Assembly: GCA_035250975.1 (NCBI GenBank)
Contig: DATFEP010000061.1
Coordinates: 1 to 64,000, forward strand
DNA from: Nitrososphaeraceae archaeon
Lineage (GTDB): Archaea; Thermoproteota; Nitrososphaeria; Nitrososphaerales; Nitrososphaeraceae
Length of the DNA: 64,000 bases
Reading direction: 5' to 3'
Of the stretch, positions 30,931 to 42,395 are shown in pieces. Position numbers and translations under genes: made by a program. Below the pieces are notes generated by a model. It was not told the DNA's origin. It was given only the letters and a program-made list of their open reading frames with translations, and made no database searches. Position 1 is the stretch's first letter. Each line of letters opens with the position of its first letter.

Positions 30931-31797
30931 CTATATGTTATGGTGTGAACGAACCTTTTTCCAATTGGCTATCAATGCTTCTGATCTAATATGTATAGGT
31001 TCACTCAAGCGTGAGCGAGCTAACTTTACATAGTCATTTATAATATCTACTCCAACAAAGTGACGTTGTAAATGAAAGGCTACTTTTGTGGTCTGACCGC
31101 TTCCATTAAATGGATCCAAAATTAGATCCCCTTCATAAGAATATAATTTCATGAGCCTATATGGAATTTCTTCTGGAAAAGGACATGGGTGGTCTATATA
31201 TCCTGGGGGGATAGGTGCTATATGCCATACAGAATTAGCTATCTCCTTAGTCCATTCTTCATGAGTTGCAGGTAGAGTTTCCTTCCTTTCTGTTCTTCCA
31301 CTGTTGACGTTACCCTTACGAAGGACTAAAATAAATTCATGCATTATGTTTGCCCTATAATATTTTGGATAAGGATTGATTACAAACGATCCATAACGGT
31401 TAGTACCTCCAGTAACTTTATGCCAAATAATTTCTTCATGGAGATTCCACTTACCAAATGGCTCAACTAGCTGGGACAAAACCATATGAGGAAGGGCCAA
31501 CAGAGTGCCATTTACTACTTCATTAGCTATAACTATACAACAATAACCACCTTCTTTAGTGGCGTTAAAAATTTTATCATTAAAAAGATATATCATTTCA
31601 TTTAGATATTCTTGAGTATCTGTGTTGCTTTTTCCTCTATAGTATGAACCATTTTTTGAAACGTGTGCGTTATAATCTATGGCATTCCTATACGGTGGCG
31701 AAGTAATAGTTAATTGTACTGAATTAGAAGGAAGTTTAGATATAATTTCCTTACAATCTCCTGATAAAATTTTATCGACATAATTCTTAATACGCAT
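30931..31797 (-). CDS. Orphan beta-class amino DNA methyltransferase (N4-C likely)
   Basis: TSPPY catalytic motif before HPCPFP and LDPFNGSGQT SAM motif; no adjacent nuclease. Confidence 0.88.
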   Translation of the reverse strand: MRIKNYVDKILSGDCKEIISKLPSNSVQLTITSPPYRNAIDYNAHVSKNGSYYRGKSNTDTQEYLNEMIYLFNDKIFNATKEGGYCCIVIANEVVNGTLLALPHMVLSQLVEPFGKWNLHEEIIWHKVTGGTNRYGSFVINPYPKYYRANIMHEFILVLRKGNVNSGRTERKETLPATHEEWTKEIANSVWHIAPIPPGYIDHPCPFPEEIPYRLMKLYSYEGDLILDPFNGSGQTTKVAFHLQRHFVGVDIINDYVKLARSRLSEPIHIRSEALIANWKKVRSHHNI

Positions 31798-31961
31798 AAT
31801 AAAAAATGTAATTACCCTCAATATTCAGAATACTTTAAAATTATCGACCAGAAGATAAAAAATTTTAACTTTAAATCCAGTTGTACTTTTATTATAATTC
31901 GAATGATTACCAATATTATCACTATCCAATAAAAAGATAATTTTGTTAAACAATAAACAAA

Positions 31962-33032
31962 CTATTTTTCTAAAATGAATTCATCCACTTCCATGCCAAA
32001 ATGTCTACCGGTTGCTTGCTTTAAGAAACCCAATACTTTGTCACCTTTCTTAATAGAAGTCACTGGAAGCAGATCTCCATTTTCACGTATAAATTGAATA
32101 GTTTCCGCATTTTGTACAATAACAGTACCTTCTATACCATCAGCAATAGCTTTAATTAGTTTTAATGGTCTTGTTTCTATTTTACATCTACCTACAGATA
32201 CTACCCTCGAATTACCTTCTCTATTAACTATAAGAATTTCCGTGCCCGATTCTAATTCAGACAGATATTTGGTTGTGCCGTTTGGAAGAACTGTATAACA
32301 ATAGATTGCGCCAGCATTTACTCTGAAAGGTCGTGGTGATGTAAATGAGGATCCTGATGATTCATTATGTAATAGGAACATAAAGTTTGACTTACTACCA
32401 ACTAACATTCCTTCTCCCTTTTCTAGTATAGAAACAGTATCGACACAAACCCTCTCTCCGACTCCAACATCCTTAACTTCGATGATTTGACATGACTGTA
32501 TAGCGACGTTCTTCTTTTCCAGGTATCTTTTAGATTCCTTTATTTCCTCCAGATTTCCAGTTGAGAGTATAACCCCATCGACCCCCAATTCTAATACAGA
32601 AAACATTGTCCTTACTTCATCAGAATTTTTTGCCATAGTGATTATCTTGGTGTTTGTGTTTTGAAGATTTGCTATAATATTTTCTAATGGAATTATCTTC
32701 CAATCAGCTGTGTCAATGATAACATAATTCGCACCCAATGATTCTGCAGTCTGAATATCTACAATATCACTATTGGAGAGAACTTTCTTATAGTATGCTA
32801 GAAATTTACCTGAATCTTTATTCTTTTGCAAGAGAGCATGTGTTTGACATATTATAATATCAGCAGCATTAGATTCATAAATCGTCTTAAAATTTTGACT
32901 CTGATTTAATAATGGATCGATATAGAACAAGTTTATACCATTCATACAAATTATAGCGTCTAGGAAGTTCTTAAGATCTGAATCATTTACTGTAGGTTTG
33001 ATAATCAGTTCTTTACCTTTTGTTTTTTCCAA
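31962..33032 (-). CDS. aroB': 3-dehydroquinate synthase II
   Basis: WKIIPLENIIA, GERVCVD, RPFRVNAGA, QNAET, GRHFG. Confidence 0.95.
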   Translation of the reverse strand: MEKTKGKELIIKPTVNDSDLKNFLDAIICMNGINLFYIDPLLNQSQNFKTIYESNAADIIICQTHALLQKNKDSGKFLAYYKKVLSNSDIVDIQTAESLGANYVIIDTADWKIIPLENIIANLQNTNTKIITMAKNSDEVRTMFSVLELGVDGVILSTGNLEEIKESKRYLEKKNVAIQSCQIIEVKDVGVGERVCVDTVSILEKGEGMLVGSKSNFMFLLHNESSGSSFTSPRPFRVNAGAIYCYTVLPNGTTKYLSELESGTEILIVNREGNSRVVSVGRCKIETRPLKLIKAIADGIEGTVIVQNAETIQFIRENGDLLPVTSIKKGDKVLGFLKQATGRHFGMEVDEFILEK

Positions 33033-33822
33033 GATTTCTTAATACCTCTCTGGGATTTTTCTCTTTAATAATAATTTCATGTAATGCTCTAACTAGTGAT
33101 GGGGGATCTCTGTGCTGAAAAATATTTCTGCCAAAAGTTACACCCATTGCACCTGCTTTAATTGCACTTGAACACATTTCAAGAATGTCTAAATCAGTTT
33201 TTGCTTTTGGACCACCAGCAATCACCACAGGTACTGGACAACTTTTTATGACAGATTTAAATGAATCAATGTCTCCCGTGTATACGGACTTTACTATATC
33301 AGCGCCTGCTTCTGCTCCTATTCTAGTAACGTGAGCAACGACGTTTGGATCATAGGGGTTTTTTATGTTTTCACCTCTTGGGTACATCATAGCTAACAAT
33401 GGAACATTCCACAATTGGCACTCATCTGAAATCATTCCAAGGATTTCCAGCATTTCTGGTTCCTCCTTTGCACCTATGTTTACATGAACAGAGACCGCAT
33501 CAGAACCTAAACGTATTGCCTCTTCAACACTTCCCATCAAGACTTTCTTATTTGGATAGGGACCTAATGAAGTACTAGCAGAAAGATGAGTAATTAAACC
33601 GATATTTACAGGTCTTGCCATGGATTTGAGGATTCCTTTATTAATAATTACTGAAGTTAATCCTGAATTCTCACATTGGTAAATCATACCATGAGCATCT
33701 TCCAAACCCTTTATGGGGCCATCAGTTATTCCATGATCCATAGGAATACATAACATTTTTCCATCTTTTGTAATTCGGTTTGTGCGAATGTCTCTTCCAG
33801 AGACCATAGGATTGAAGGACAT
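33013..33822 (-). CDS. aroA': 2-amino-3,7-dideoxy-D-threo-hept-6-ulosonate synthase
   Basis: PMDHG, MMYPRG, GADIVK, AGGPK, GRNIFQ; adjacent to DHQ synthase II. Confidence 0.9.
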   Translation of the reverse strand: MSFNPMVSGRDIRTNRITKDGKMLCIPMDHGITDGPIKGLEDAHGMIYQCENSGLTSVIINKGILKSMARPVNIGLITHLSASTSLGPYPNKKVLMGSVEEAIRLGSDAVSVHVNIGAKEEPEMLEILGMISDECQLWNVPLLAMMYPRGENIKNPYDPNVVAHVTRIGAEAGADIVKSVYTGDIDSFKSVIKSCPVPVVIAGGPKAKTDLDILEMCSSAIKAGAMGVTFGRNIFQHRDPPSLVRALHEIIIKEKNPREVLRNLGKNKR

Positions 33823-33917
33823 AATTGAGCTACTTAAAGTAATCTACTAATTTCTTAAATTAGAAAATCATCAACATAAGTACCTTTCAACATATTATAA
33901 AATAATCTAATCAACCA

Positions 33918-34700
33918 TTATTTTAAGAAACAGATTTTTGGTAGATTTCTCTTATGATGTGTTTTTGAAATTAAATTCTGAATAAATAACAAATCTTTAA
34001 TATCGAATCCTATTCCTGGTGGAAGATCATGATTATACTTGTTTCTTAATATGTCCATCATGTTTTCTTTTTCAAGGAATTTCAAAATCTTATCGATTTT
34101 AGAATATTTCATTCCAATCTCTTCCTCTGCTGACTGACCTTTCCACAAAGATGGACTACTTTTTTTATTTAGGATAGAAGAAGGAATGTTTAAATATTTT
34201 CCCAATTCACGTACTTGAGTTTTATAAAGATCGCCTAATGGAAATATATCAGCTGCACCGTCACCAAACTTAGTAAAATATCCTATCCGTAGCTCACTTT
34301 TATCAGATGGACCAATTACTAGTAAGTTATTCAGATTTGCATAATAATAAATTATATTCATACGAATTCGTGCGGTTAGATTTCCAATCGATAGTTGATT
34401 TTCTGGTAAAAGTTTAGTATAATTTTGTTTGAGATCATTTATATCTATTAAACGGTAACGTACATTTAGTATTCTTGATATAGATAAAGCATCCTCAATA
34501 TCTTTTTGAGATGTAATATCTGTATCCGGAATAATTAAACCAATAATATCTTTAGTGTCTATAGCTTTAGTCGCTAAATAAACAGCAACACTGGAATCAA
34601 TTCCACCACTTAATCCTAAAACAACGCCCTTAGTATTGGAGCTTTTTACTTCTTCTTTAATAAATTTAGAAATTCTAATAACAATCTCTTCAAAGTCCAA
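33918..34700 (-). CDS. nadE: NH3-dependent NAD+ synthetase
   Basis: GLSGGIDS, NLTARIRM, GYFTKFGDG, YKTQV. Confidence 0.95.
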   Translation of the reverse strand: MDFEEIVIRISKFIKEEVKSSNTKGVVLGLSGGIDSSVAVYLATKAIDTKDIIGLIIPDTDITSQKDIEDALSISRILNVRYRLIDINDLKQNYTKLLPENQLSIGNLTARIRMNIIYYYANLNNLLVIGPSDKSELRIGYFTKFGDGAADIFPLGDLYKTQVRELGKYLNIPSSILNKKSSPSLWKGQSAEEEIGMKYSKIDKILKFLEKENMMDILRNKYNHDLPPGIGFDIKDLLFIQNLISKTHHKRNLPKICFLK

Positions 34701-34901
34701 CGTTATTGAAATAGGAATAATGACATGATTATTAAATAGATCTAATTTTAGATAAATCTGTTTAAATGTAATAAAGAGAATTCTCTAACAAGAAATAAAG
34801 TATAATCAAACTCTCAATAAGGTGATATTAATAATTGAACTAATGAACCGAAGGTAAAAATAAAGAATTTTAATTAGTGATAGAAAATAAGTATAATATC
34901 T

Positions 34902-35966
34902 TTGGCCAAGGCATTTATTAATTCGTATACTAAGGCAGGTGTGAACGTAAAAAAAATACGTTCGGTACAAGAAAACATAGGAAAAATGATTGCAGAATCA
35001 AATTCTTACCAAAATATTGGGAAAATATTAAGTGGATTTGGTCATTATTCTGGATTAATTAAACTTGGAAATAATGTAATAGCGCTCCATACTGATGGAG
35101 TAGGTACCAAAGTACTCATATGCCAAAAAATGAATTGTTTTGACACAATAGGAATAGATTGTATTGCAATGAATGTTAATGATATTATTTGTACAGGAGC
35201 TGAACCATTTGCATTTGTTGACTATATTGCACTAAAATCTGCCAACGAAAAATTAGTCAAAAAACTACTAAAAGGATTAGTTAGCGGAGCTAAGGTTTCA
35301 AGAGTTGCGATCGTGGGGGGTGAAACAGCAGTAGTTCCAGAGATATTATCTGGAGAATCAGATGACGCATTTGACCTTGCTGGAACTGCTATAGGATTAA
35401 CCGCTCCTGATAGATTAATTTTAGGCAATAATATACGAACTGGAGATGTGATATTAGGGATAGAAAGCAATGGATTACATTCAAATGGTTTTACATTGGC
35501 AAGGAAAGTATTATCAAAATATTCGATAGATGATATTCCAAGATTCTTAACAAAACCAATTGGAGAAGAATTACTTTCTCCAACTAGAATTTATGTTAGA
35601 CCTATAATGGAATTGATAAAAGATAAAAACATATCTGTCCATGGACTTGCACACATAACAGGAGGATCCTTTACAAAATTAAAAAGATTAAATAGCAAAG
35701 TAAGATTCAACCTTTCAAAACTTCCGAAGATTGAGGGAATTTTTAAACAGATTCAAAGTGATGGAAAAATTGATGTGAAAGAAATGTATAGAACTTTCAA
35801 TATGGGGATAGGATTCTGTTTGATTATGCCCAAGAATTCTGTAGATAAGACGACAAGCATAGTTGAAAAACACAAAATGAGGGTATTTGATATCGGAGAA
35901 ATCGATTCAAGTGGAACAGGTAATGTAGTTGGAAAGATAAATGGAAAGAAACATATATTTGCATAG
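34902..35966 (+). CDS. purM: Phosphoribosylformylglycinamidine cyclo-ligase
   Basis: TDGVGTK, AMNVND, GGETA, SNGLHSNG, TFNMGIG. Confidence 0.96.
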   Translation: MAKAFINSYTKAGVNVKKIRSVQENIGKMIAESNSYQNIGKILSGFGHYSGLIKLGNNVIALHTDGVGTKVLICQKMNCFDTIGIDCIAMNVNDIICTGAEPFAFVDYIALKSANEKLVKKLLKGLVSGAKVSRVAIVGGETAVVPEILSGESDDAFDLAGTAIGLTAPDRLILGNNIRTGDVILGIESNGLHSNGFTLARKVLSKYSIDDIPRFLTKPIGEELLSPTRIYVRPIMELIKDKNISVHGLAHITGGSFTKLKRLNSKVRFNLSKLPKIEGIFKQIQSDGKIDVKEMYRTFNMGIGFCLIMPKNSVDKTTSIVEKHKMRVFDIGEIDSSGTGNVVGKINGKKHIFA

Positions 35967-36081
35967 ATTTATGTTCCTAATAATTAAACACATTGCATTA
36001 ACTATTCAAACCAATTTATTCTTAAAAATCATTAAGATATAGCTAAAAATATAGAGATGTTATAACGGGTATTTGACAATA

Positions 36082-37689
36082 TCAAATATATTTTTCCATA
36101 ATTTCACACGTCCTATCCAATCCTAAATCAACAAGATAATTTCCTAGTTTGGGACCTCGATCGCAATTTATCAACATCCGATAGAGTAACTTGAAGAAAA
36201 CACGTGGTTCAATCTCATATTTTTTTGTTATCTCAAAAATGATGGTTTGTATGTCGTTTGACAGATTTTCGCTTTCTTTTCCAATTAGATCCTTAAATTT
36301 GTTCACTAATTCCATTATAGCATTCTTTTCTTTTTGTTCGATGGAAATTTCGAAAGCTTTTTCTGAAATCAAGTCATCAGCCCAATTCGAGGCAAGACTT
36401 ATTTTATTTATTAAATCTTCTGTTTTTTCTTCTACCAGTCCATATTTTTTAAGCCTTGACAAGATATTATCAGATCGTCCCTCACCAGTAAAAAGCGAGG
36501 CTTGTTGTACTAATATCCTGTACGGTATATGTTTAAGACTATTATAAGGAGGATTAAGCTTATTAACATATTCATAGATTCCTTTTAATTTAATCTTTTT
36601 AGAATTATTATTTTCCTTAATTTTGTCAAAATAAATATCCTCATAATAATCATATTCGTCCATTAGTGTTGGAATGTCATCTAATCCAATGTGTCTAGTT
36701 CCTGAAATCCTCTTAAATAATAATAATAGAATAGACGCCGGCGTACCATATTTCAACCACATTTGAGGAGTTAAAACATTACCAGCTGATTTACTAATTT
36801 TTTTACCTTCCTTATCCAGAAACATCTCATATTTTACGTGCAATGGATGTGGAAAATTCAATAGAGAAGTAGATACCCAGTCATTTACCCGTACCGAATC
36901 CATAATATCCTTACCGTACGCCTCAAATCGTATATCTAATGCTTTCCATCTTGCTGCAAATTCAACTTTCCAAGCTAGTTTTCCTTCACCTTTAGAAATA
37001 TCAGATTCTCCTTTATGCCCACACCCCGATAATTCTTTTGTTCCTATTTTACTACCAGAACAAGAATAAAGTACTTTGCGTTCATTGGACAAATATTTTT
37101 CAGCACGTGCAACATACAATCTCCCACAATTATTACATACTGGAAAATAAGGTAACACGTCAATATATTTATCTTGACCTACAAGATTGGATATTTTTTT
37201 TCCCAGTAGTTCATTGTTACTGAGAATACAATCAATTTCTCTCCCAAGAATACCACTTTTATACACATCTGAGGCGCTTTTATAATTAAATTTGATACCC
37301 ACTTTATCTAGACTTTCTAAAAGAAGACTACTCATGTGTTCACCATATGACTTGTGACAATTTCCAAACGGATCAGGAATTGTTGAAACAGGTTTTGCAA
37401 TATAGTCATCAAGCCAAGGTGGGAAACCGGTCGGAATCTTTCTTAATCCATCCATATCATCTGAATATGTTATTAATTCAGATTTAAAACCAAGATTGTT
37501 TAATGCCAAACCGATCCCGTAGGCACGTACTGCGTCACCCATGCTTCCGATATGAGGTATTCCGGATGCCCCAAGTCCACTTTCTACTTTTATTAGATTT
37601 ATACTTCTTCCCAATTTTTCTTCCCTAATAATTAGCGAATTTGCTACCTTGTCTAACCACGTTCCTTTTCCTATAATTTTATCTTTCAT
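36082..37689 (-). CDS. lysS: Class I lysyl-tRNA synthetase
   Basis: SGIPHIGS, KLAWKVEFAARW, KISKSAGN, GPKLG. Confidence 0.96.
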   Translation of the reverse strand: MKDKIIGKGTWLDKVANSLIIREEKLGRSINLIKVESGLGASGIPHIGSMGDAVRAYGIGLALNNLGFKSELITYSDDMDGLRKIPTGFPPWLDDYIAKPVSTIPDPFGNCHKSYGEHMSSLLLESLDKVGIKFNYKSASDVYKSGILGREIDCILSNNELLGKKISNLVGQDKYIDVLPYFPVCNNCGRLYVARAEKYLSNERKVLYSCSGSKIGTKELSGCGHKGESDISKGEGKLAWKVEFAARWKALDIRFEAYGKDIMDSVRVNDWVSTSLLNFPHPLHVKYEMFLDKEGKKISKSAGNVLTPQMWLKYGTPASILLLLFKRISGTRHIGLDDIPTLMDEYDYYEDIYFDKIKENNNSKKIKLKGIYEYVNKLNPPYNSLKHIPYRILVQQASLFTGEGRSDNILSRLKKYGLVEEKTEDLINKISLASNWADDLISEKAFEISIEQKEKNAIMELVNKFKDLIGKESENLSNDIQTIIFEITKKYEIEPRVFFKLLYRMLINCDRGPKLGNYLVDLGLDRTCEIMEKYI

Positions 37690-38096
37690 TTATGACGTCT
37701 CCATACAAAGTCTATACGATATAGAACATGCAAGTAATTTTTATATTAACACTATAGTAATGATTTGAATTCTGCATTAATTTCATAGTGTAGTAGAGAG
37801 TATAAAGTTGTTTTTCAAACGAAAAGCACACCGTTAAGTTAAATTAAGAAGTAAGGTCTATTGCTATGTATGTTATATTCTAATTCATAGAAATAATTAC
37901 ATTTAAAAGAAACAGAAGCTTCCCCCCATCGTCTAAATGTATTCTACATGTTTATATTTTATCAGATTTATACCAAATACAATTTAAGGAGTACGTAACA
38001 ATACATTCTTTAATTAACAAGTACGATAAAAAATGCGATTATTTCTTTATTAGAATCTGTTTATTAAATTCTGTTACTATAACAAATAGAAATAGT

Positions 38097-39695
38097 TTAC
38101 ACTAAAATTTTGGTAACATATGGACCATTTTGAATATAGCCTATTTTCTTATAATATTCTCTTGTTCCTACGGCACTTATAACTGAGATTTTATTTACGC
38201 AAAATTCTTCTTTTGATATTTTTTCAGCTTCTTGCATTAATCTCAAACCTAAACCCTTGTGTTGATAATATCCATTATCATTTTTCTGACCAATATCTAT
38301 CAACTTCCCATAAACATGTAATTCTCTTACTATAGCAGTGGCATTCAATGGAATAGAATTATCCTGCAATTCTTTCCTTCTGGGATTAAGTATATTTCTT
38401 AGTCGCAAAAAACCAAAAATTATTTTATTATCTTTACTTTCCATAGATAAGAATACTTCTTTTCCTCCTGAAGCAAGAAAGTCTATTCTACTTAATTTAA
38501 TATCTTGATAAGATTCGAACATATTTCTTCTCATCATTGGTTCTCTACATCTTATACATTTACAAAATATACCATCGTCTTTTAATTTTTTAAGAACAAT
38601 TTGACGAATATTTCCCCTTCTAGTACCATTTACAATATCTACAGGTTCTATTTCTCTTTGAATTCTCATAATTCGAACCCATGGAGGAATAATCTTCTTG
38701 ACTTCCATCAAGATATTTACAATATCATCTTCAGAATAAGGAGAATATTGTCCCTTTTTATATAACTTATATAATCCGGTTCCTTGAAGAACAAGGGTGG
38801 GATAAATTTTTAACATGTCGGGTTTAAAATCAGGATTCTCAAATAGCATCTTAATATTATCTATATCTTTTTCAGGCGTTGAACCAGGTAATCCTGGCAT
38901 CATATGACCTACGATTTTGTATCCAGCGTCTCTCGATAATTTAAAAGATTCCCTAACATCTAAAAGAGTATGGCCTCTATTTACTAATCGATAGACATTA
39001 TCATCTAAAGCTTGAATTCCTATTTCAACTCTAGTTACTCCCATTTCTAACATTAAATCTATTTGTTTCTCTTTGCAATAATCAGGTTTAGTTTCAACAG
39101 TAAAGCCTACACAGCGATTTTTGGCTTGTTCATTAGTCTTTAATGCATTTTCTAATGTAGATGACTGACAATCGTTTAGAGCATCGTAACATGATTTAAC
39201 AAAATCCTTTTGATATGTTTCTGGCATAAATGGAAATGTTCCACCAACTATAACCAATTCAATTTTGCTAATATTGTGACCACGTCTATGAAGTTGTTCT
39301 AATTTTGATTTGACCTGCAAATATGGATCAAAATATACGGATTGTGCTATTCGTGTTGCTGGTTCTGTCCCAACATAACTCATGGGAGTATTATATTCTA
39401 CTCCACCAGGACAATATATACATCTGCCATGTGGACAATCATACGGTTTAGGCATTACTGTAATTACTGCTATTCCTGATGCAGTTTTAGTAGGTTTAAC
39501 AAGAAGAATATCCCTATAACGATCGTTTGTAGTTAAATATGATAGTATATCTTCATTTTTTGGAACGATAGAAAGCTTAAATTTAGACGAAGCTGATTTG
39601 ATTATTTTAAAAATATCTTTTGTAGATAGATCTTTTCTAAGTTGCAATTCTCGTGCTATATGCTGACAAGCCTCAAAATAATTATCATAGTTCAA
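38097..39695 (-). CDS. elp3: Elp3 tRNA U34 carboxymethylation radical SAM/KAT
   Basis: CPHGRCIYCPGG, HMMPGLPG, VRELHVYG, QHKGLG. Confidence 0.95.
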   Translation of the reverse strand: MNYDNYFEACQHIARELQLRKDLSTKDIFKIIKSASSKFKLSIVPKNEDILSYLTTNDRYRDILLVKPTKTASGIAVITVMPKPYDCPHGRCIYCPGGVEYNTPMSYVGTEPATRIAQSVYFDPYLQVKSKLEQLHRRGHNISKIELVIVGGTFPFMPETYQKDFVKSCYDALNDCQSSTLENALKTNEQAKNRCVGFTVETKPDYCKEKQIDLMLEMGVTRVEIGIQALDDNVYRLVNRGHTLLDVRESFKLSRDAGYKIVGHMMPGLPGSTPEKDIDNIKMLFENPDFKPDMLKIYPTLVLQGTGLYKLYKKGQYSPYSEDDIVNILMEVKKIIPPWVRIMRIQREIEPVDIVNGTRRGNIRQIVLKKLKDDGIFCKCIRCREPMMRRNMFESYQDIKLSRIDFLASGGKEVFLSMESKDNKIIFGFLRLRNILNPRRKELQDNSIPLNATAIVRELHVYGKLIDIGQKNDNGYYQHKGLGLRLMQEAEKISKEEFCVNKISVISAVGTREYYKKIGYIQNGPYVTKILV

Positions 39696-39926
39696 TATTA
39701 ATATTCATCACATACTCCAAATCGATAATAAGATGTTTGTGTTCCTTCGATATAATAGACATTAGAAAACAAGTAATATAAAGAGGAACAATAGTTATTC
39801 TATTATTCATATCAGAATAAAAATAGAAATAACATATATTTTAAACGTAATAAAGTGTGTTTAGAGTATTAATAAAAAGATTCTTTGAAATGAATACTTA
39901 TAAGAAATACGATAGGAGAAAGTGTT

Positions 39927-40874
39927 ATGAAGGTTACCATATTTTCTCATGAATCCGATCTGGATGGAATAATCTCTGCATCAATTGGAATGATCCGCTA
40001 TCCACAGGCAAAAATTGTCTTTATGGATTATACCAGAGAAAGTTTCATGAAAATGATCAAGGTAATGGATTTTTCAAATAATTCAAGTGAAAACAATCTA
40101 TATATTATTTCGGATCTTGGTCTTAATGATAATTTAATCAATTCGTTAAGGGATATTTTTGAACGGGTTAGAACTAGAGAAAATAAAATAATATGGGTTG
40201 ATCATCATCCTTGGTCAACAAATGCCGTAAATGAACTGAAAGAAATCATTGAACTGGTTTTAAACAATTCAGGTAACAGATGTGCTGCTGAATTAATGTA
40301 TGAACGATTCTTACAAGGAAATGAGAATGCAGAGAAATTGGCAAGTATAGCACATTCCATGGATTTCTTTACGAAAGACCAATATCTTACTCCAATATCA
40401 GAACTAATTAAATATTATCTAAGTTTTAATGATTCACACACAAGATTAGGTGAATTGAGTACCAAAATCTCGAAGGGAATATTGTGGGATCTAGATATGG
40501 ATAAAGATTACAAAAAATACATACCTCTTTATGAGAAGGAAAAAGAATATGCATTAACAGAACTAATAAGAAAAGACGTGATGGATTTAGATGTAGTGTT
40601 TGTAAAATCATCACCTTACTTACAAACCAGCCTATTTGCTCAAGAAATTTTTGATATTACTAAAGCTGACCTGGCTATATTTTACGATAAAAATGGAAAA
40701 ATAAGTATTAGACGAAGTAATGAAAAAATTGCATGTAATGAAATAGCAGAAAATCTAATTGATGGTGGTGGACATAAATTTGCTGCAGGTGGAAATATTA
40801 AATCTGGACTATCAAATACGGAAGATCTGATTTCAGAGGTAGAAAAAGCTATAATAAAAACATTGGTTAAATAG
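39927..40874 (+). CDS. DHH/DHHA1 phosphoesterase
   Basis: HESDLDG, ISDLG, WVDHH, GGGHKFAAG. Confidence 0.9.
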   Translation: MKVTIFSHESDLDGIISASIGMIRYPQAKIVFMDYTRESFMKMIKVMDFSNNSSENNLYIISDLGLNDNLINSLRDIFERVRTRENKIIWVDHHPWSTNAVNELKEIIELVLNNSGNRCAAELMYERFLQGNENAEKLASIAHSMDFFTKDQYLTPISELIKYYLSFNDSHTRLGELSTKISKGILWDLDMDKDYKKYIPLYEKEKEYALTELIRKDVMDLDVVFVKSSPYLQTSLFAQEIFDITKADLAIFYDKNGKISIRRSNEKIACNEIAENLIDGGGHKFAAGGNIKSGLSNTEDLISEVEKAIIKTLVK

Positions 40875-40912
40875 TAATAACAATAACCGAAAAATGGTGT
40901 AAATTTTAAAAT

Positions 40913-41545
40913 TTGTTGACATTTGAGTGTAATAGTAAAGAAGATATAACTAGATGTATTTCAATCATCAAACAAGGCGGCGTAGTGGTTTTTCCCACCG
41001 ATACAGTTTATGGGATTGGATGTGATCCGTATAATGAAGAGGCAATTGAGAGGATATTTAGGATTAAGAAAAGAAGTAAAACCAAACCCCTTCCTATCTT
41101 GACTCATAATGTAGAATCAGTAAAAAAAATAATCAATCTAGATAAAATTGGAAGTAAGTTGGCTAAAGCATTCTGGCCAGGACAATTAACCATTATTGGA
41201 CATTTAATAGATGATAATATTCCAAAAATTGTTACTGGTGGAAAGGAATCTTTGGGAGTAAGAATTCCAAACAATTTATGTACACTTGAACTTCTCAAAG
41301 GTTGTAATTTTCTATTAGGAACTAGTGCAAATATATCTGACACAGATCCGAGCGTTTCTGCTCAACAAATCTTGGAATCCGACCTGAAAGGGTATGATGC
41401 GATTCTAATTGGAGAAAATAGTATATTGAAAAGGAATGTTTTAAGCTCTACAATAGTCGACATTACTCAAAATTCCCTTGAAATTTTAAGAGAAGGACCA
41501 ATTAAATCGGAAGATATTTACGAAATCATATCTAGACCAAAGTAG
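40913..41545 (+). CDS. tsaC: Threonylcarbamoyl-AMP synthase (TsaC/Sua5 YrdC domain)
   Basis: FPTDTVYG, KKR, FWPGQLT, TSANIS. Confidence 0.93.
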   Translation: MLTFECNSKEDITRCISIIKQGGVVVFPTDTVYGIGCDPYNEEAIERIFRIKKRSKTKPLPILTHNVESVKKIINLDKIGSKLAKAFWPGQLTIIGHLIDDNIPKIVTGGKESLGVRIPNNLCTLELLKGCNFLLGTSANISDTDPSVSAQQILESDLKGYDAILIGENSILKRNVLSSTIVDITQNSLEILREGPIKSEDIYEIISRPK

Positions 41546-42084
41546 TGGATTTCAACCTAATCATCACAACTTATAGACATAAAGAAGAAGAAGCTATTGA
41601 AGAAGCGATAATATTATTTGAAAGGGCTGGTGATAGGAATGTTGATTTTGTTATAAGTAAAGTTTCTGGGATTGTTTTAGGGTATACAAATCTTGATCAA
41701 TTTGAAATTATGTCTAAATTTAGGAAGATATTGATGGATGAGCCTTGGCAATTCAGATATATTCTAAGAATTATACCAATAGAGAGATCGACCACAACAG
41801 ATCTAAAAACAATTCAAAGAGAAGTTGAAAATTTAGTGCAGAAAAAAATATCATTTAATGATACGTACAGAATTACAGTGGAAAAAAGACACACGGAGTT
41901 AAGTACAAATCAAATAATAAATTATATTGCGAATAAATTGCAGTTTAAGGTTTCCCTGGATAATCCCGATTGGATTATTTTAATACAAGTGATTGGTAAT
42001 TTAACAGGTATTTCAATAATCAAAAAAAATCAAATTTTTAATTCCGTGATAGAAAAAAGGAATATAGGATTAGAATTTGAATAA
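41545..42084 (+). CDS. THUMP-domain protein
   Basis: LRIIPI, YRITVEKR, VSLDNPDWII. Confidence 0.85.
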   Translation: MDFNLIITTYRHKEEEAIEEAIILFERAGDRNVDFVISKVSGIVLGYTNLDQFEIMSKFRKILMDEPWQFRYILRIIPIERSTTTDLKTIQREVENLVQKKISFNDTYRITVEKRHTELSTNQIINYIANKLQFKVSLDNPDWIILIQVIGNLTGISIIKKNQIFNSVIEKRNIGLEFE

Positions 42085-42395
42085 TACAATTTTTCTTCTG
42101 TTTTTTAACGTTGATGAAGATTTTTAATAAAAGGCGAATAAAAACATAATTATAGATTTTTGATAATTTGTTTATCAATTCATTTATAATTTTATTTCAT
42201 CAATTTTATTCTTTATTATCTCGAAAGATATGCAAGTTGATTTTGCCAATCTTGTAGTTTTAAAAGTATATTCAATCTATTCCTTTTGAATTATTATATC
42301 TTCTAAATGCTGTCGACAACGTATATAAAAATTTGTTAATAAAGTAATGAAATACATATTTATTGAATTGTCTATTTATTTTGTATTGTCAATTT

